The translations under genes and the position numbers were made by a program. A stretch of 64,000 bases of DNA from an uncultured Fibrobacteria bacterium (lineage in GTDB: Bacteria > Fibrobacterota > Fibrobacteria > UBA11236), in the NCBI GenBank assembly GCA_963716395.1, contig OY970309.1:1728001-1792000 (forward strand). Reading direction: 5' to 3'. Shown piece after piece: positions 59,754 to 64,000 of this stretch (its first letter is position 1; the number at the start of each line of letters is the position of its first letter). Below the pieces are notes generated by a model, which saw nothing but the letters and a program-made list of their open reading frames with translations, was not told where the DNA came from and did not search any database.

Positions 59754-60797
59754 TTGCAACCCGATTCGGATCCCCAGCCCGAAGCCCGGCCATCGCGGCG
59801 GCGCCGGCGTATGCGGCGTCTGGTCCCGTGGCTGGTTTTTTTGCTCGTCCTGCTTCTGGCCCTGCTCCTGCACCGTTGTCCGTCGCCTCCGCCGCCCATT
59901 CCCCAACCGCCTTTACACACGTCTCCGCCACCGGCGGCGGCTCCGCCGGAAACGAGCTCGGCCAAACTTTTGCCACCGCCCAAACCCGTGGAGAAAAGAA
60001 AGCCACACCCACCGCCTGCGCCGACGCCTCCGGTCGCCGCGGCCGTTTCCAAAAACGACACCCTTCCCTTCGTCTATGCCGATCCCTGGGGCGGGCGGCA
60101 TTTCGACTCGGTGCGCGTCACTTTGCATTGCCGGGAAAACTGCGTCGTGCTGTACTCACTGGAAGACAGCGTGCATTTCCGCTCCTACGATTCGGCGCTG
60201 ACCTTCCGCCGCAATACCACGCTGTGGATGGCGGGCGAAACCTTCGACGGCCGCCAGACCCCGCCGGTGCGGCTGGAATACGTCATTGAAAAAAATCGCG
60301 GCGAATGCCCGTCCCAGACCATGCCCGTAAAGGTGGACCGGCGCACGGTGTGCGTCGACGAATACGAATGGCCCAACCGCGAGGGCGCCTGGCCGCAAAC
60401 CATGGTGAGCCAGGCCCAGGCCGAAGACTCGTGCCAAGCGGCGGGCAAGCGGCTATGCACCCGGGAGGAGTGGCAAGACGCCTGTCAGGGGCCCGATCAG
60501 TCCCGTTACCCCTACGGCACGCCGTATGATGAACGGTACTGCCCTGCGCAGCAGACCGCGCCGGCTCGCTCGGGGCGTTCGCCGGCCTGCCGGTCGTATT
60601 ACGGCATCTACGATCTCACCGGCAACGTGTGGGAGTGGACCGCGACACCCGATTCGGCTGAAGATGATTTCTTCTGGGTGGCCGGCGGCGACTGGGAAAC
60701 GGCCGAGAAAGCGACCTGCAGGCAGGCCAAGTTCAGTTTCTACCCGCAGAACCGCTATCCCAGCGTGGGGTTTCGCTGTTGCGAAGAGCCCAAGTGA
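59754..60797 (+). CDS. Membrane-anchored FGE-sulfatase (SUMF1/C-lectin fold) protein with Pro-rich linker and small Ig-like domain
   Basis: TM segment, Pro-rich stalk, ADP.GG..F/VLYSL domain, GKRLCT.EEW, YPYG, DLTGNVWEW, GFRCC; GGAGG before TTG. Confidence 0.8.
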   Translation: MQPDSDPQPEARPSRRRRRMRRLVPWLVFLLVLLLALLLHRCPSPPPPIPQPPLHTSPPPAAAPPETSSAKLLPPPKPVEKRKPHPPPAPTPPVAAAVSKNDTLPFVYADPWGGRHFDSVRVTLHCRENCVVLYSLEDSVHFRSYDSALTFRRNTTLWMAGETFDGRQTPPVRLEYVIEKNRGECPSQTMPVKVDRRTVCVDEYEWPNREGAWPQTMVSQAQAEDSCQAAGKRLCTREEWQDACQGPDQSRYPYGTPYDERYCPAQQTAPARSGRSPACRSYYGIYDLTGNVWEWTATPDSAEDDFFWVAGGDWETAEKATCRQAKFSFYPQNRYPSVGFRCCEEPK

Positions 60798-60807
60798 AGC
60801 CGCGGAA

Positions 60808-61215
60808 TCAGCTTTTAGGAATCAGAAAAAGCCCCGGAACATGGCGGAAATGTTGGTCGAAGGTTAAGAGCGCGGCCCCCTGGCTCAAAGCGGTGGCGGC
60901 GATCCAGATATCGTTTTGGGGAATGGGTTTACCGGTTTTGCGCAAATGGCCGACCACACGCGCGTAATGCTCGGCGACTTCGGTATCGATCGCCGCCACC
61001 GCCACTCCGGGTTGGTCCAGCAATGCGCGCAACAGATTACGATTCGCGGATTCGCGGTTTCCCTGGGCGAAGCCAAAGTACGCTTCGCCCAACACAACGG
61101 TGGGCACAAAAACCCGTTCGGCCTCTTCCAAAGTTTCCAAGGCCAAAGCCGTGCGGTCCCCCTGGCCTTCCGCCATCAACGCGGAAAGGGCGCAGGTGTC
61201 GAGACAGATCTTCAC
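60808..61215 (-). CDS. vapC: VapC/FitB PIN-domain toxin
   Basis: LDTCAL, VLGE, G.PIPQNDIWIAA.A, LLTFD.HF; GTGA overlap with the antitoxin. Confidence 0.92.
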   Translation of the reverse strand: MKICLDTCALSALMAEGQGDRTALALETLEEAERVFVPTVVLGEAYFGFAQGNRESANRNLLRALLDQPGVAVAAIDTEVAEHYARVVGHLRKTGKPIPQNDIWIAATALSQGAALLTFDQHFRHVPGLFLIPKS

Positions 61216-61460
61216 TTCCACGTCTCTTTGTCGATCTTGTCGAAAGTCTTCAAGGCTTGAAGGTATAACTCGGCGTCTCTGCCGCGAATTTTGCCCACCC
61301 AACCGGAAAGGTCCCTTTTCTTTCCGCGGCGTCGCTCTCCGTAAAGAGACTCCTCGACGACCTGGATCACGGCTTTATTCAGACTCAACCTTTTCCCCCG
61401 GGCGATTTCCCGTACCCGTGCATCCAGCTCGGGCGATACATCGCGAATCGTCCATTGCAT
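61212..61460 (-). CDS. FitA-like RHH antitoxin
   Basis: TIRDV..EL...R..A.....SLN..VI; ends ID.E.WK. Confidence 0.85.
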   Translation of the reverse strand: MQWTIRDVSPELDARVREIARGKRLSLNKAVIQVVEESLYGERRRGKKRDLSGWVGKIRGRDAELYLQALKTFDKIDKETWK

Positions 61461-61470
61461 AGAATCTCCA

Positions 61471-61522
61471 TTGCATGCAAATATGCCTGCATTATGGTAG
61501 CATTTATGCCTGCATAGGGCAA
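61471..61522 (-). promoter_or_regulatory. Promoter with triple operator for the fitAB-like TA
   Basis: TTGCCC-17nt-TACCAT; ATGC-nn-GCAT at 61483-92 and 61506-15, plus TTGCATGCAA at 61471-80. Confidence 0.7.
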
Positions 61523-61562
61523 GCATGGTTGCGCCCAAGCCAAAGGCGTATTATTGACCACG

Positions 61563-62435
61563 ATGGCGGCGGAAAAACTCAGGCACAAGAGAGCGCTCCC
61601 GCGTCGCGAAGCCCTGCGGCCGGTCGCCGGCCTGGTGTTTTTGGGCCTGATGCTTTCCGGCGCCGCCGTCATGCTGCGGCAAATCGATGCGGGAAAACCC
61701 AAAGACTGGAATCAAAGCCAACTGCTTTACCTGCCTTCGGGAAAACTGCTCAAGCCTTTGGCGCTGGATTACAATGCGGCCGTGGCCGATATGATTTGGG
61801 TGCGCGGCATGCTGTACTTCTCCGACCAATATTTGCGGGGACTGGGATATGTGTGGATGGGTCATATTTTGGACGTCGTGACCGAATTGAATCCCCACCT
61901 GCTTCCCGCCTACGAATTCGGCGGCACGGTGCTGGTCAAAGACAAAGGGCAGTGGCGGCAAACGCGACAGTTATTGCAGCGGGGCATTGCGGTTTTTCCC
62001 GACAATTGGCGCTTGCGGGTTTATCTGGCCATGGGTGAACTGAGCGTGGACACGAATTATGTGGCGGCGGCCGAAGCCTTGAAACCCGCGGCCTTGCTGC
62101 CGGGCATTCCGAATTACGTGCGCACCTTATCGGCCACGTTGTTCCAAAAAGGCGGCAGAGAACGCATGGCGCTGGCTTTTCTGGTGGATCAATATCTTCA
62201 TTCCCCCGAAGCCATCAATCGTGACGTGTTTCTGAACCGGATTCTGAAAATTTTTCCTGCGATTGAAAATGCAAAACCGGATAAAGAGGAAGTGCGGAAA
62301 ATTCTGGCCTTGGCCCAAGCGGATTCGCGCTCCGAACCCATCGTCTTGAATGTTCTCAGTGATTACCTTCGGGGAGATTTAAGCCCGGGATCGCGGCGCG
62401 TTTTGGAAAGGCTGAACGAAGAGACGGCGCCTTAA
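61563..62435 (+). CDS. Membrane-anchored TPR-like protein of the type found beside type IV pilin loci
   Basis: TM segment, YLPSG..L, ADMIWVR...Y, VTELNP....AY.FGG, G...FP.NW. Confidence 0.6.
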   Translation: MAAEKLRHKRALPRREALRPVAGLVFLGLMLSGAAVMLRQIDAGKPKDWNQSQLLYLPSGKLLKPLALDYNAAVADMIWVRGMLYFSDQYLRGLGYVWMGHILDVVTELNPHLLPAYEFGGTVLVKDKGQWRQTRQLLQRGIAVFPDNWRLRVYLAMGELSVDTNYVAAAEALKPAALLPGIPNYVRTLSATLFQKGGRERMALAFLVDQYLHSPEAINRDVFLNRILKIFPAIENAKPDKEEVRKILALAQADSRSEPIVLNVLSDYLRGDLSPGSRRVLERLNEETAP

Positions 62436-62451
62436 TACAAGCAAGCGTCTC

Positions 62452-62652
62452 ATGGGTTGCGTTTTCCTTTTAACCGAGAACCGAGCCGGACCGCTTCTTG
62501 AATCTTGGTTGGCAATTTTCATCTCAATTTATTTTCATCCAATTCACGTAGGCGCGAAGGCGGTGTTGGTACACAGCATGATCAAGAAGACTCAGGAGAC
62601 ACCTAAGCCTGATTTAGACTTGGCGTTGAAACGGATGCGAGAATGGTTTTGA
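62452..62652 (+). pseudogene. Internally deleted RelE/Gp49-like toxin remnant
   Basis: 66 aa retaining the C-terminal VLVH...KKTQETP..DL.LA.KR motif but lacking the central core; directly upstream of an XRE antitoxin. Confidence 0.65.
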
Positions 62653-62668
62653 AGGCAAGGAGGTTGAT

Positions 62669-62962
62669 ATGAGAAAGAAACAAAACATCTTCAAAGACTA
62701 CTTGAAAGGCAAACTCAAGAACAAGACGTTCCGGGAAGCCTACGCGCATTACGGGAACGTGCTGGAAATAGGTCTTCGGGTCCGAGATCTCCGGGAGAAG
62801 GCTGGGCTCACCCAAACCCAGCTTGCCCGTCGTCTCAAGGTTTCCCAGCAAGTGATCTCGCGCCTCGAAAGCGGTGAGGTGGATAACCCCACCGTGTCGA
62901 CGCTGGAGCGCATCGCCAAGGCAACGGGAAACAACCTGCGCCTGGAGTTTGAACCCGCCTAA
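62669..62962 (+). CDS. HigA-like XRE helix-turn-helix antitoxin
   Basis: LREKAGLTQ.QLA....SQ..ISRLESG..NPT..TL..IA.A; SD AAGGAGG. Confidence 0.88.
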   Translation: MRKKQNIFKDYLKGKLKNKTFREAYAHYGNVLEIGLRVRDLREKAGLTQTQLARRLKVSQQVISRLESGEVDNPTVSTLERIAKATGNNLRLEFEPA

Positions 62963-63099
62963 AGACTTCTCGCATTCTGCCGACGCTCTTTGCATTCTGC
63001 CACGAGCCGTCGGTTGTGAAGCCATCGGTTCTGGCGAGATTACCGATGTCTTTTTGGATTTATAAGCCGGGTTGGGCCCGTTTTTGATCCCGGGGGTAT

Positions 63100-63114
63100 T
63101 GGTACGGGTCTTGC
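63100..63114 (+). promoter_or_regulatory. Sigma54 (-24/-12) promoter of pilA
   Basis: TGGTAC-GGGTC-TTGC matches TGGCAC-N5-TTGC, 85 nt upstream of the pilin ATG. Confidence 0.75.
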
Positions 63115-63199
63115 GCTTGCTTTAAGCCCAGAAAAGCCTTACGATGGAGACCGCTTCGTGGCGCTTTCGCAAAACCTACCACCTCAAAGGAGAAACATC

Positions 63200-63610
63200 A
63201 TGAAATCGCAAAACCAAAAAGGCTTCACCCTCATCGAATTGATGGTGGTGATCGTCATCATCGGTATTTTGGCGGCATTGGCTATTCCCCGCATGATGGG
63301 CGTCTCAGCCAAGGCCAAGGCTTCGGAAGCGCCCACCACCATTTCGAACTGGGAAACGTTGCAAAGTGCCTATATGCAGGAAACGGGTGGAACGGGAACG
63401 CCGGGTAAAATTGGGTTTTTACCGAGTGCCTCCAAATGGTTCAAGTTGGATACCAGTGCCAGCAAAACCCTCAAGGTTGTTGATTCGATTTCGGTTGGAA
63501 ATTGCGTTCCGACCACCGATTTTTGGGAATCCGATTCTGCGGCTAATGGTGCGTTTACGCATACACCGCCCAACACGGCGGGTTGTGCCGCCTACACTCC
63601 CAACTTCTAA
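63200..63610 (+). CDS. pilA: Type IVa major pilin
   Basis: MKSQNQKG|FTLIELMVVIVIIGILAALAIP prepilin site with E5; C-terminal Cys pair; strong SD AAAGGAG. Confidence 0.93.
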   Translation: MKSQNQKGFTLIELMVVIVIIGILAALAIPRMMGVSAKAKASEAPTTISNWETLQSAYMQETGGTGTPGKIGFLPSASKWFKLDTSASKTLKVVDSISVGNCVPTTDFWESDSAANGAFTHTPPNTAGCAAYTPNF

Positions 63611-63634
63611 TTCAACTGTTTCAAATCGGGTGAG

Positions 63635-63666
63635 AAAGAATCCGCCTCCGGCGGATTCTTTTTTTT
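63635..63666 (+). terminator. Rho-independent terminator after pilA
   Basis: AAGAATCCGCC-TCC-GGCGGATTCTT followed by a T tract. Confidence 0.88.
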
Positions 63667-63843
63667 GTACCCACGGCACGGACTACAGCTTTGGGGTGGA
63701 ATTCTACAGAACGCGGATCACAGCAAATCAAGCAAAGCGTAACTGCGAAAAATCACGGTAAGCACTGAGTTCTTCGCCGGGAGCTGCGTCATGATTTTTC
63801 AGCATGTGCAACAGCCGAGCTTGAAGCACCTAAAATTCGCCCC

Positions 63844-63871
63844 TTGACAATATACGCCATCGGCGTATGTT
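63844..63871 (+). promoter_or_regulatory. Promoter with palindromic operator for a HigB2-like TA
   Basis: TTGACA-16nt-TATGTT; palindrome ATACGCC-ATC-GGCGTAT (63852-63868); ATG 6 nt after the -10. Confidence 0.7.
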
Positions 63872-63877
63872 GTTTCA

Positions 63878-64000
63878 ATGAATCTGCTCTTTCGGGAGGT
63901 TGGAAGTTTCACCGACATCATTACCGAGCTTTTGACGGATGATGAATATGCGGACTGCAAAAAAATCTCAGGGCCAATCCGGAAAAAGGGGATGTTATCC
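63878..64000 (+). pseudogene. HigB-2/RelE-like toxin N-terminus with apparent frameshift (partial)
   Basis: MNLLFREVGSFTDIITELLTDDEYA continues as LQKNLRANPEKGDVI only in the -1 frame. Confidence 0.65.

Noticed and set aside
60300-60797. FGE/C-lectin fold as a possible DGR target
   Set aside because: No template repeat or reverse transcriptase in the window.
60808-64000. Integron cassette array explaining the TA cluster
   Set aside because: No RYYYAAC...GTTRRRY attC structures seen after the stops, and no integrase.

Overview
GC-rich bacterial chromosomal window that is mostly housekeeping. It probably comes from a Fibrobacterota/FCB-group organism, judged by the T9SS-like C-terminal tails, a PorZ-like propeller and the pilin type; this is inference. 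Core genes: algI/algJ-like O-acetylation, folP, ftsH, tilS, hisI, proA/proB, valS, thiS, lpxK, rsmB, aguAB, slyD, gyrB-dciA-recF, rlmL-like, an RRM protein, tRNA-Val(CAC), purF, thrH, nhaA, htpX, sixA-ppx-ppk1 and a sigma54-driven pilA. Interspersed are secreted carbohydrate-active proteins with sorting tails and five type II toxin-antitoxin modules; two have decayed toxins and three cluster around pilA. No CRISPR array, transposase, integrase or reverse transcriptase was seen. The most notable observations are: (i) at least 13 genes have a TAnnnT -10 box 6-8 nt before the start codon, suggesting pervasive leaderless mRNA; (ii) an unassigned ~190-nt multi-branched structure between thrH and an esterase; (iii) a stand-alone 4x HA-repeat protein divergent from the polyphosphate operon; (iv) a large M6-like pseudo-protease lacking HExxH; (v) a 34-aa Lys-rich microprotein with its own promoter, RBS and terminator. 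All product calls come from motif recognition by eye; no database searches were run.
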